Position numbers and translations under genes: made by a program
From: Akkermansiaceae bacterium
GTDB taxonomy: Bacteria > Verrucomicrobiota > Verrucomicrobiia > Verrucomicrobiales > Akkermansiaceae
NCBI GenBank assembly: GCA_051251915.1
Contig: JBPOGF010000008.1
Coordinates: forward strand, 1 to 64,000
Direction: 5' to 3'
DNA length: 64,000 bases
Notes under the pieces: generated by a model
The model's database searches: none
Told to the model about the DNA's origin: nothing
The model's input: only the letters and a program-made list of their open reading frames with translations
In this document: positions 1-8,704 of the stretch, piece after piece
Layout of the letters: each line of letters opens with the position of its first letter
Position numbering within the stretch: the first letter of the stretch is position 1

Positions 1-79
1 ATTTGACGTTTTCATAAGATGGTAGAATACCAGATCGCTGGAGCGACCTCGACTACCTTCTCATTCTATCTTGTTAGGC
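1..79 (-). other. attC site of cassette 2 (partial, runs off the window start)
   Basis: Minus-strand R'' box GCCTAAC (73-79) contains the cassette ORF stop (GCC TAA C). It is the exact complement of the GTTAGGC core at the start of the same cassette (546-552) and is followed by AAG, as in attC1. Confidence 0.75.
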
Positions 80-538
80 TAGTTCGTGAGTCACTTGGTA
101 TCTATAGAGCATTCGTTCCTCCTGCTCATATTCTACAAACGGGCCATACTGGGCAAACACCAGCTTCTCAAAGTCATCTCGTCCTTCTTCCTGGAGTTCG
201 TGATAGCAAAGCCCGAGCTTATCAATCTGCCGTTCCGCCGTCTCGATCATTCTTACCTGCCCTTCGGCGCCAATATCGCGCCACGCTTCGATAACCCCAG
301 GAAAAGATCTCTCGTGACGATATCCTTCCATCGCGTGGAGAAACCCTCCGTTCTCGCCAACCGACCGAAACATGATCGCGACGATGAATCGATATTCCTG
401 CAAACTTAGCTTCTTCTCGAGCTTTGCGTATGTCCACTTGGTGCCGTTACCGCCGACCTTTTTCCAGATCTTGTCGTAGGTCTCACCGTTGGCCTTCCGT
501 GCATTTGAGATGGTGATTGTATCTGGATTCTCGCGCAT
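74..538 (-). CDS. Integron cassette protein, DMP19/DUF4375-like
   Basis: 154 aa. ATG lies 8 nt after the GTTAGGC core and the stop lies in the next R'' box. The motif SVGENGGF...EAWRDIGA resembles the DUF4375 'V.NGGF...AL..IGA' pattern; the C-terminus is acidic. Confidence 0.6.
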   Translation of the reverse strand: MRENPDTITISNARKANGETYDKIWKKVGGNGTKWTYAKLEKKLSLQEYRFIVAIMFRSVGENGGFLHAMEGYRHERSFPGVIEAWRDIGAEGQVRMIETAERQIDKLGLCYHELQEEGRDDFEKLVFAQYGPFVEYEQEERMLYRYQVTHELA

Positions 539-545
539 CTTTTGA

Positions 546-672
546 GCCTAACGTTATAGCGATGCCAGCCGCTGCTGAGAGCGCGCTTTCGACTGCTGGT
601 TAAATGTTAGAACTGGCTTCAAAATTTCTGCTCCACAGCGGCAGCGGCTTGGTCATCCGCGCCTTGTTATGC
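546..672 (-). other. attC recombination site (127 bp) of cassette 1
   Basis: R'' GCATAAC (666-672, contains the ORF stop) and R' GTTAGGC (546-552, perfect GTTRRRY). The inner arm GATGaCCAaGCCGCTGC pairs with GCAGCGGCTGGCATC, leaving two extrahelical bases. Confidence 0.9.
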
Positions 673-1272
673 CTTGCCGACTCTCCACCACGGCTTCTTA
701 TAGATCAGATCCGGATTGTTGCGGAGGACTGTCTCGAAGTTCGGGCTCTCGGCATCGTAGACGCGAGAGACTTCCGCCATGGTTGGCCCCATGTAGTCTA
801 GCGACCAAGAAAGCCAATCATCCATGACTGCATCAGCATTAGCGAAATGTCCGTGGAACAGCCGTCCGAAGACCCTGACTGTAGCAGACAAAAGGAGATC
901 ATTCACCTCGGAGAGCTGAGCCTGTGAGGAAAGGACAGCAACGCCAAGGCCATGCAAGTCGCGCACATCTGCATCCATCAATTTCTCTCGCTGCAACAAT
1001 AAATCGATTAAGTCTTCATCAACGCGGCGAACCGCGATATGAACGTGGTTCTCAGCATTCGTTCGCTGAGATACGAGAAACTCGTGTTGGGCACCTTCAA
1101 CCTGTGATACCGCAGGATCGAGTTTGATGGCCCGATATTCGTTCAGAAGCCTCGAATCCAGTTTGTCCGGTGTGAGCGAGTCCGAAATGACGCAAACATC
1201 CACGACCTGATTCTTCAGAGCGTCCTTGTAGCCCTTCTTTAGCTTGCGTTTCTCATCTTTCGAGAGGCTCAT
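667..1272 (-). CDS. Integron cassette protein of unknown function (first cassette)
   Basis: 201-aa ORF filling the space between the attI core and attC. Basic N-terminus; C-terminal KKPWWR tail. Confidence 0.8.
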   Translation of the reverse strand: MSLSKDEKRKLKKGYKDALKNQVVDVCVISDSLTPDKLDSRLLNEYRAIKLDPAVSQVEGAQHEFLVSQRTNAENHVHIAVRRVDEDLIDLLLQREKLMDADVRDLHGLGVAVLSSQAQLSEVNDLLLSATVRVFGRLFHGHFANADAVMDDWLSWSLDYMGPTMAEVSRVYDAESPNFETVLRNNPDLIYKKPWWRVGKA

Positions 1273-1282
1273 GGATTTCTTG

Positions 1283-1312
1283 GCATAACAGTATTATTAG
1301 TTCACGCCTAGC
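1283..1312 (-). other. attI site (core G/TTATGC)
   Basis: Minus strand reads ...GGCGTGAACTAATAATACTG|TTATGCC. GTTATGC (1283-1289) is the exact complement of the R'' box GCATAAC of the first cassette's attC. No attC hairpin lies upstream, and the site is adjacent to a divergent intI. Confidence 0.7.
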
Positions 1313-1552
1313 TGATATTCAGCGGGGTGATTTGAGGTTGAAAATTGAGTGTCTTTATTTTCATAGGCATATTAATTTTAGTGAGTTATTAATAGTGAAC
1401 ATCTCCATTTCAGGCAAGCTATTTTTATTCTAAATCTGCTTATATTTTAGATTTCCTTCACTTCTGATATTTTACTTTAGCATATCACTCTTTCACTCTA
1501 TATTAACTATCAGCACTTTATAAGGATATGTTTTTCTGTTGACCTCACCACT

Positions 1553-1581
1553 TAATCTAATGAACAGTGCTCACATGAACA
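1553..1581. promoter_or_regulatory. Putative LexA operator(s), Verrucomicrobia-type TGTTC-N4-GAACA, at the intI start
   Basis: TGCTC-ACAT-GAACA at 1568-1581 (1 mismatch) overlaps ATG 1575. A weaker TAATC-TAAT-GAACA lies in tandem at 1553-1566. Confidence 0.55.
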
Positions 1582-3072
1582 ATTATAATCAAATTGCAGA
1601 TTGGCGTGATGATCTTGATCACAGTAGGGATCTTAACAATAATGAGAAGGAATCCATTGGCTTTCTTCTTAATTGGTTTGAGAGCTGGAGGCTAGCTTCT
1701 AGTCTAATGCCTAATCGAGACTCCGCGGCAAGGTTCTGGCGAGAGACGGTGCTTTCTAAAGAAAGGGAAAGCTGGCAACTCGATCATTGGACAGAGGCAA
1801 TACGCTGGTATTTAGCCTGGCTAGAACTCTGTAAGTCAAAAGGAGTAAAACCCATAAGCCTCAGCGAGCGTATGATGCAAGCGGTGGATAAAGTAGGCTC
1901 AAGGCGAGGTCTGGCATGGCGCACCCGCAAAACCTATGGAGGCTGGATCGCTAGATTCGGAGCCACCGTAAAGACCCCTCAAGAGGCGAAAGACCCTACT
2001 AGAGCTAAGGAATGGCTTGCAAAACTAGTCAGTGAAACAAAGGTAAGCTTCTCCACACAAAAACAAGCACTCAACGCCTTAGTGTTTTTCTATAAAGATG
2101 TTTGTGGCATAAAAGAATTAGATCTAGGCGTAAAAATGAGGAAGCGGCCTTCACGTATTCCAGTGGTCTTATCTAAAGGTGAAGTGATGCGGTTAATCGA
2201 AAAATTAGAACCTAAGGCGACCTCCGGCAACCAGCGTTGACGACGCTGTGGAGCATTGTAGTGCATGTCAAGGCGCGATGAAGGCGCGGAAATTTTCCGT
2301 AACTGAAGAGCAACGAAGGCAGGCACTGCAATGCTTCACAGCCCGCAGGGTGGTTTTCCTTTTCAATCGCATGCAATGCCACTAACCCATACATATCTCA
2401 TACAAATTCCATCCCACGGCGGTGACGAGGGTTGCCGGAGGTTGCCTTAAGTATAAATTACAAGCAGAACTACAATACGGAGCTGGATTGAGAGTGAGTG
2501 AACTAGTGAATTTACGCATCAAGGACGTAGATCTTGATCGTGACACGCTAACCATCAGACAAGGAAAAGGAGACAGAGATAGAGTAACCATCATTCCCCA
2601 GATCCTAAAAGAAGCACTCAAAATACAGATAGAATATGCCAGAAAAATCCATGTTGAGGACAGAGCGAATCGTGCCGCTGGTGTTGCCCTTCCTAACGCC
2701 CTCATGCGCAAAATGCCAAAGGCGGCAATAAGCTGGGAATGGTTCTGGATCTTTCCTGCAGACCATGAATCGAAAGCCCCTACATCTGGCATTATCCGCA
2801 GACATCATATCCACCCCAGCTCATATGGCACCGCTGTAGTCAAAGCCGCACGTGCCGCTAAAATCGCAAAACGGGTAACCACTCACGCACTAAGACACAG
2901 CTTCGCCACTCACCTACTAGAAAGCGGAGCAGATCTACGGACCATCCAGGATCTACTCGGGCATGCCGACGTAAAGACAACAGAAATCTACACCCACGTA
3001 GCAAAAGGCCAAAATGGATGCGGAGTCCGGAGCCCGTTAGATATGAGTGAGTCCTGCACGCCATCAAGCTAA
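1575..3072 (+). pseudogene. intI: Integron integrase (tyrosine recombinase), interrupted by a MITE
   Basis: The N-terminal half has the SAM-like domain (STQKQALNALVFFYK, RIPVVLS). The C-terminal half has GLRVSE, GKG, HALRH, GHAD, EIYTH and the integron-specific insert GVALPNALMRKMP...WFWIFP. Removing 2215-2449 gives in-frame ...LEPK-YKLQ..., about 420 aa from ATG 1575. The start could be 1539, 1560 or 1575. Confidence 0.92.
2215..2447. mobile_element. 233-bp MITE-like non-autonomous element
   Basis: TIRs AGGCGACCTCCGGCAACC (2215-2232) and GGTTGCCGGAGGTTGCCT (2430-2447) are 17/18 complementary. Flanked by TA/TA (2213-2214, 2448-2449). No transposase. Internal 25-nt inverted repeat at 2245-2269 / 2318-2342. 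Confidence 0.88.
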
Positions 3073-3272
3073 CGGAGCATTGCTCCCCGCTCCCAAGGGC
3101 AAAACCACGCTCCCAAATAACCAAATAACCAACAACACAGATACCTAAAATCCATTCTTGCCAGTTTTAGCCGTATTTCATAGTTCTATATCGTCGTTTG
3201 GTGGTTTAGTTTTTTTAGTCGAAAGCTAATCCCTCATCGGGCGCACTAGCCTATGATCTAAATACACTCATT

Positions 3273-4283
3273 ATGGAATACGCATCAGAAACCGAAGTCA
3301 CCAATGCCGCTAAGCACATCCGCTCACTCAATGCCGCTCTGAACCAAGTCCTCTTCGGACAAGAACAACTCATTGACCTCGTCATCACCGGACTTCTCGC
3401 CCGTGGTCACATCCTCCTAGAAGGTCTCCCAGGCTTAGGAAAAACCGAACTCGTCAAAGGCCTCTCTAAGACCCTAGGCCTAGACACCAAGCGCATCCAG
3501 TTCACCCCAGACCTCCTCCCCGGAGACATCACAGGTAACCCAGTCCTCCAAGAAGTAGATGGCCGCCACGAATTCAAATTCCAACCCGGCCCCCTCTTCA
3601 CCAACATCATGCTCGCAGATGAGATCAACCGAGCCTCCCCCAAGACCCAGTCCGCCCTCCTAGAAGCCATGCAGGAACAGCGCGTCACCGTCATCGGTGA
3701 GACCCACCCGCTACCCTCACCATTCTTCGTCCTCGCTACCCAGAACCCCATCGAACTAGAAGGAACCTACCCGCTACCAGAAGCCCAGCTTGACCGCTTC
3801 CTCTTCAAACTAGAAGTCACCAGAAACTCAGTCTCCACACTCCAGAAAATCGTCACCTCCAGAGAACTCGGCACCGAACCCTACGTCGACTCCATCATGG
3901 ATGCCGGCACCCTCGAAAGCCTACTCAGACTCGTTAGAAAAATTTACCTCCCAGACGTCGTAGCCAACTACATCGCCAGACTCGTAGACGCCACCCACCC
4001 AGGCCAGTCCGCCGCATCCGCAAATGTCAAATACGGTGCCAGCCCCCGTGCCGCGCTCTCCCTAGCCTCCGCAGCCAAAGCCCGCGCCCTCATCAATGAA
4101 CGCACCCACGCATCATTCGAGGACGTAGCCTACGTAGCACCCGCCGTCATACGACACAGAATTCTCCTAGACTACAACGCCCGCGTAGAAGGCATCACCA
4201 CCAATGACGTCGTCATCAACCTCCTAAAAGAAATCCCAGGCCAAGATAAATCCACCCCAAAGACGATTAAAGCATCCACCTAA
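3273..4283 (+). CDS. MoxR family AAA+ ATPase
   Basis: GHILLEGLPGLGKT Walker A, RIQFTPDLLPGD, ADEINRASPKTQSALLEAM, ATQNPIELEGTYPLPEAQLDRF. Confidence 0.95.
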   Translation: MEYASETEVTNAAKHIRSLNAALNQVLFGQEQLIDLVITGLLARGHILLEGLPGLGKTELVKGLSKTLGLDTKRIQFTPDLLPGDITGNPVLQEVDGRHEFKFQPGPLFTNIMLADEINRASPKTQSALLEAMQEQRVTVIGETHPLPSPFFVLATQNPIELEGTYPLPEAQLDRFLFKLEVTRNSVSTLQKIVTSRELGTEPYVDSIMDAGTLESLLRLVRKIYLPDVVANYIARLVDATHPGQSAASANVKYGASPRAALSLASAAKARALINERTHASFEDVAYVAPAVIRHRILLDYNARVEGITTNDVVINLLKEIPGQDKSTPKTIKAST

Positions 4284-4327
4284 TCTAATCCCCCCTCTCA
4301 TACATTCTAAGAATTAAGACTTCACCC

Positions 4328-6181
4328 ATGAATTCGTTAAAAAAATCCCTCACATCTCTGCTATGCTTCCTCTTCATCAGCAGCGCAGCACTTAATGCTC
4401 AAAATCTACTCATCAATGAATCCTACGATGATAAAAATAAAACCACAGCCAAGCTCCTACCACTCGTAGGAGCCCTCCCCAGCAGCGGATACGTACCATT
4501 GCGCCTCACTCTAAAAAATGGCACCAAACTTGAGAAAAACTGGGAACTGAAATTCACCTCAGAATCAAATGGCGACTACTATTATTACTATGGAGGCCGT
4601 AATGATTTCCCAACCCTCACCTCAGAGTTCAGCTACAGTTGCCCACCAGAAAGCTCCAAGACTTACGATATCCTCGTCCCAGTCACCTCCACCATCACCA
4701 AAAACCACCACACATCCGTAGCCAGCGCGTCACTCGCCATCTCCATGAGCTCCAGCGGCAGAAATAGCCATGGCAGCATGAACTGTGGCCAAGACATGAA
4801 CCTCCCCGCCACACTGCTCTGCACCCAGCTCTACATCCAGCATAGCTCTAAGTTCGACAGCCTGATCCCATCTAGCTCAAGCGGACACCGCACTGCAAAT
4901 ACCAGCTACACCACCGAGTTCACCCCATCACTCCTCTCTAGCGACTGGCGTGCATACAGCGGTTTCGACGTCATAGTTTGCACCGATGATGACTGGCGCG
5001 AAATGTCAGTAGAAGTCCAAAATGCCATTCTAGAATGGAACCGTCTAGGAGGAAACATTTACATCTATCGCCTCAATCATGCATCAAATTTCAAATCGCT
5101 TAAAATAGACAATTCAGAGGAAAATAAAGGTAAATCCAAGATCGACAGATCCTTCGGCAGCGTCACCATCACCCCCCTCACCAGCATCAAGGCACTTGAT
5201 GTAAAAATGGCGGCAAATCTCATCAACCCACCAAAGAAAGAAGTAGCTAAAATTTTAGCCATCAATGAGAACTACGAACTAGGTTCTACAGGAACAGGAC
5301 CTTGGTCACTCCAGAGAGCACTTGGTAAACTCAGCTTCTCCCCCACCTACCTCATCCTCATTCTCATTGCCTTCGGAATCCTAGTCGGCCCCGTAAACCT
5401 CTTCGTCTTTGCTAAGGCTGGGCAACGTCACCGCCTCTTCATCACCACCCCACTCATCGCACTTGGAGCCAGTTTACTACTGGTGCTCCTCATCGTAGTT
5501 CAAGATGGATTTGGCGGCCACGGCCAGCGCGTCCAGCTCATCGAAGTACGCGCAGATGGTGGAGAAAATAAAGCCTACGTCTGGCAAGAACAAGTCGCCC
5601 GCACCGGCATCATCCTAGGCGGTTCATTTGAGACCTCTTCACCAGCATACATGTCCCCAGTCCCAGTTTCACCTTCACGTTTCTCACGCGTCACCAGAAA
5701 CAACGGCGGCGGAGCATCAAACTACACCGCAGAACACGGCGAACACGGACTCGCCGCATCTGGAGACTGGTTTCAGTCACGCTCAGTCCACGGCCACTAT
5801 CTAGAAAGCGTCGTCCCCACCCGAGGAAGAATCACCCTCAAAAGCAACCAAGCCGCTGGAGCACCAACTCTAAACTCATCATTCGACTTCGAGATCAAAG
5901 AACTTATCTACCTAGACGACTCCGGAAAAACCTGGAAAGCATCTAACATCGCCGCCGGTGAATCCATAAAACTTACCCCCAGCAACCCCGTTGAAGCCAT
6001 CAAACTCGTCCATGACAGCCACGCCAACATGACGGTAAAGCTCCAAACCAAACTAGCCGACCTACGCAAGCGCAAAAACCACTTCGTTGCCATCACCGAC
6101 CAAGCCCCAGCCATTGACACGCTCGACTCCGTCAAATGGACCCACACCCAATCCATCCTAACCGGCCCAGTCGTCAGATAG
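4328..6181 (+). CDS. Secreted/membrane protein of the MoxR-ABC operon
   Basis: Signal peptide, a glutamine-amidotransferase-like stretch (WRAYSGFDVIV...AILEWNRLGG), two TM helices (LVGPVNLF...ITTPLIALG). Confidence 0.7.
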   Translation: MNSLKKSLTSLLCFLFISSAALNAQNLLINESYDDKNKTTAKLLPLVGALPSSGYVPLRLTLKNGTKLEKNWELKFTSESNGDYYYYYGGRNDFPTLTSEFSYSCPPESSKTYDILVPVTSTITKNHHTSVASASLAISMSSSGRNSHGSMNCGQDMNLPATLLCTQLYIQHSSKFDSLIPSSSSGHRTANTSYTTEFTPSLLSSDWRAYSGFDVIVCTDDDWREMSVEVQNAILEWNRLGGNIYIYRLNHASNFKSLKIDNSEENKGKSKIDRSFGSVTITPLTSIKALDVKMAANLINPPKKEVAKILAINENYELGSTGTGPWSLQRALGKLSFSPTYLILILIAFGILVGPVNLFVFAKAGQRHRLFITTPLIALGASLLLVLLIVVQDGFGGHGQRVQLIEVRADGGENKAYVWQEQVARTGIILGGSFETSSPAYMSPVPVSPSRFSRVTRNNGGGASNYTAEHGEHGLAASGDWFQSRSVHGHYLESVVPTRGRITLKSNQAAGAPTLNSSFDFEIKELIYLDDSGKTWKASNIAAGESIKLTPSNPVEAIKLVHDSHANMTVKLQTKLADLRKRKNHFVAITDQAPAIDTLDSVKWTHTQSILTGPVVR

Positions 6182-6229
6182 TCTGACCTTCACTTCACAT
6201 TTCTACCTTCAAAATTCACACTTCAAAAA

Positions 6230-7165
6230 ATGTCCGCAATTTCAGTCAAAAACCTCTACCGCTACTTCGGCAAACTCAAGGCAGTCGACGGCCTCAGCTT
6301 TGAAGTCCCACACGGCTCCGTCTGCGGATTCATCGGTGCCAACGGCGCCGGAAAAACCACCACCATGCGGATGCTCGCCACCCTCGACTACCCCACCATG
6401 GGCTCAGTCGAAATATGCGGGATCAACGTCGTCAACCACCCAGCTAAAGTACGTTCCCTCCTCGGCTGGATGCCAGACCACTTCGGAAACTACGACCACA
6501 TGACAGTCCTGGAGTATCTAGATTTCTACGCCCGCGCACTCGGCTACAAAGGCAAAGAAAGACAAATGCGAATCCAAGAAGTCATGGAATTTGCCGACCT
6601 CATCCCATTAGCTGACCGCCTCTCTAACAAACTCTCAAAAGGCATGACCCAGCGCCTCTGCCTTGGCCGCGCCCTCATCCACGACCCCCAAGTCCTCATC
6701 CTCGATGAGCCTGCCGCCGGTCTGGACCCAAAGGCACGCGTCGAACTCAAACACCTCATCCGCATCCTCGCCGAAGAAGGAAAAACCATCTTCATCTCAT
6801 CCCACATCCTCTCCGAACTAGGAGAAATGTGTGACTCCCTCCTCTTCATCAATGACGGCAGAATCGTCCACCACGGCGATGCAGACTCCCTCCTCCAAGG
6901 CTCAGACTCCACCGGCGGATTCTTCTACGATGTCCAAATCGTAGGAGATGCCACCAAGCTCGCAGACTGGGCAGTCACCTCACCATACGTAGATTTCATC
7001 GAGGACCGCAAGCGCGGCGGCAGAATCCGCATCGACTCAGAAGACCCAGAAGTAGCCGCTGACGTCCTCCGCCGAATGGTCAAAGACGGCCTCCCTATCA
7101 TCGAGTTTCATAAAGAACAGCGGAACCTAGAAGACGCATTCATCGACATTCTAGAAAGACAATAA
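6230..7165 (+). CDS. ABC transporter ATP-binding protein (ABC-2 type)
   Basis: GANGAGKTT, LSKGMTQR, ILDEP, SSH. Confidence 0.93.
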   Translation: MSAISVKNLYRYFGKLKAVDGLSFEVPHGSVCGFIGANGAGKTTTMRMLATLDYPTMGSVEICGINVVNHPAKVRSLLGWMPDHFGNYDHMTVLEYLDFYARALGYKGKERQMRIQEVMEFADLIPLADRLSNKLSKGMTQRLCLGRALIHDPQVLILDEPAAGLDPKARVELKHLIRILAEEGKTIFISSHILSELGEMCDSLLFINDGRIVHHGDADSLLQGSDSTGGFFYDVQIVGDATKLADWAVTSPYVDFIEDRKRGGRIRIDSEDPEVAADVLRRMVKDGLPIIEFHKEQRNLEDAFIDILERQ

Positions 7166-7192
7166 CCCGCACCCCATACTTCACCCACCACC

Positions 7193-8701
7193 ATGTCAGA
7201 AGAATCTACCATCCATCCCATCATCCAGAAGACATCAGACTTCTCAGACCGGCTCTCACCCATGCTCGTCAAGGAACTCCGCCAGGGACTAAAAGGCATC
7301 ACCTTCATGATCCTCTTCATCGCCATCCAAGTCATCCTCGGCGTCCTCATCATGGGCCATTCCTTCTCCTCATCCTACAACAACACCGGCAGAGACATCT
7401 CTACTTCAGTATTCATTTGCATCGGCCTCGCCACCTGCGTTCTCCAGCCACTCCGCGCCATCTCCGCCATCGGCTCAGAAGTAAAAGAAAACACCATCGA
7501 CCTCATGGTCATCACCCGCCTCTCAGCCTGGCGCATCGTCTTCGGAAAATGGATATCGCTCGTGTCCCAGTCCGCCCTCATCATCGCCGCCGTCACCCCC
7601 TATCTCATTCTCCGATACTTCTTCGGCGGTATGCAGCTCTTCGCAGAACTGATGATACTCTTCACCATCTTCCTCGCATCCGCTGGCATCACAGCTGTAT
7701 TCGTCGGGCTTTCATCACTCCCATCTATGATTCTTCGCGGACTGATTGGCCTTGGTTGCGCCTTCTTCATTAGCGCAGGTATGATCCAGCTTTTCGCCTC
7801 AAATTATGTGTATCGCGAGCTAGTAGAGCTCTGCTCATTCCAGTTCCCTGAGGCCATCTATGTCTATTTACTCCTCGTCCTGAGCACCATCTACCTCGCA
7901 TGGCTAGCACTAGATTACGGTGCAGGTACCATTGCCCCCATATCAGAAAATCGCTCCACCCCACGTCGCCTCATCTGCCTTGGCATCATAGCCATACTCT
8001 TCCTCATCATCATGCTAAGCCCCGGTGATTTCCGCATGGCCACCCCTATTTTCATGCTGATCATTTCGGTACCCATCAGCATCATCTCACTCACTGAACA
8101 TCCATTTACCACGCCCACAGTAAGCGTTCCATTTGTGAAAAAAGGGATACTCGGTAAACTCGGCAGCTATTTATTTTATCCAGGCTGGGCATCAGGTTTA
8201 AACTTCGTGATGCTCCTCTTTGCTCTCACCTTCGTGTCTGCATTTCTCTATGACCCATCACATCGTTTCTATGATGCTGGCTTCCGTAGGGAAATTATCA
8301 CAGTCACTGGCATTATCTTCTCCTGCCTCGTCTTCCCTCTCCTACTAGCACGCATTTTCTTCAGAAACACCCTCCAACTCTTCGTCTTCTACCTCGGAGG
8401 CATCATCGCCACCTCGGTCTTATGGATCATCATCATCGCAATCGCCGAAGAAACTCGCACATTCGGAATCTACGCAGTCTTCAGCTGGCTCCCCCCTGTG
8501 CAATTTAACATCTTTGACCGCAATTCTACTGAAGAAATTGCCCACTCTATCGCCATTCCAACCTTCCTCATCTACTGGCTAGCCTGCGTATTAACCTCTC
8601 GGAAATTCTGGAAACATATCAGAGACAACGACAGACAAGCTGATGGCATCATCGAAGCAGAACAAAGTCTAACCGCCACCAAAGAGCAAACAAGCCAGTA
8701 A
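7193..8701 (+). CDS. ABC-2 type permease-like membrane protein
   Basis: Many TM segments; PMLVKELRQ and E...TIDLMVITRLSAWRIVFGK motifs. Confidence 0.8.
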   Translation: MSEESTIHPIIQKTSDFSDRLSPMLVKELRQGLKGITFMILFIAIQVILGVLIMGHSFSSSYNNTGRDISTSVFICIGLATCVLQPLRAISAIGSEVKENTIDLMVITRLSAWRIVFGKWISLVSQSALIIAAVTPYLILRYFFGGMQLFAELMILFTIFLASAGITAVFVGLSSLPSMILRGLIGLGCAFFISAGMIQLFASNYVYRELVELCSFQFPEAIYVYLLLVLSTIYLAWLALDYGAGTIAPISENRSTPRRLICLGIIAILFLIIMLSPGDFRMATPIFMLIISVPISIISLTEHPFTTPTVSVPFVKKGILGKLGSYLFYPGWASGLNFVMLLFALTFVSAFLYDPSHRFYDAGFRREIITVTGIIFSCLVFPLLLARIFFRNTLQLFVFYLGGIIATSVLWIIIIAIAEETRTFGIYAVFSWLPPVQFNIFDRNSTEEIAHSIAIPTFLIYWLACVLTSRKFWKHIRDNDRQADGIIEAEQSLTATKEQTSQ

Positions 8702-8704
8702 ATA

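Noticed and set aside
2215..2447. Group I/II intron or gene cassette inserted in intI
   Set aside because: No GUGCG/AY ends or recognisable group I core, and no GTTRRRY/RYYYAAC boundaries. Terminal inverted repeats indicate a DNA element.
1539..3072. Two independent integrase genes, or a programmed frameshift
   Set aside because: The gap is exactly accounted for by a TIR-bounded insertion with a TA duplication, and the halves join in frame.
3112..3132. Short tandem repeat CCAAATAA x2.5
   Set aside because: Too short; consistent with the local C/A bias.
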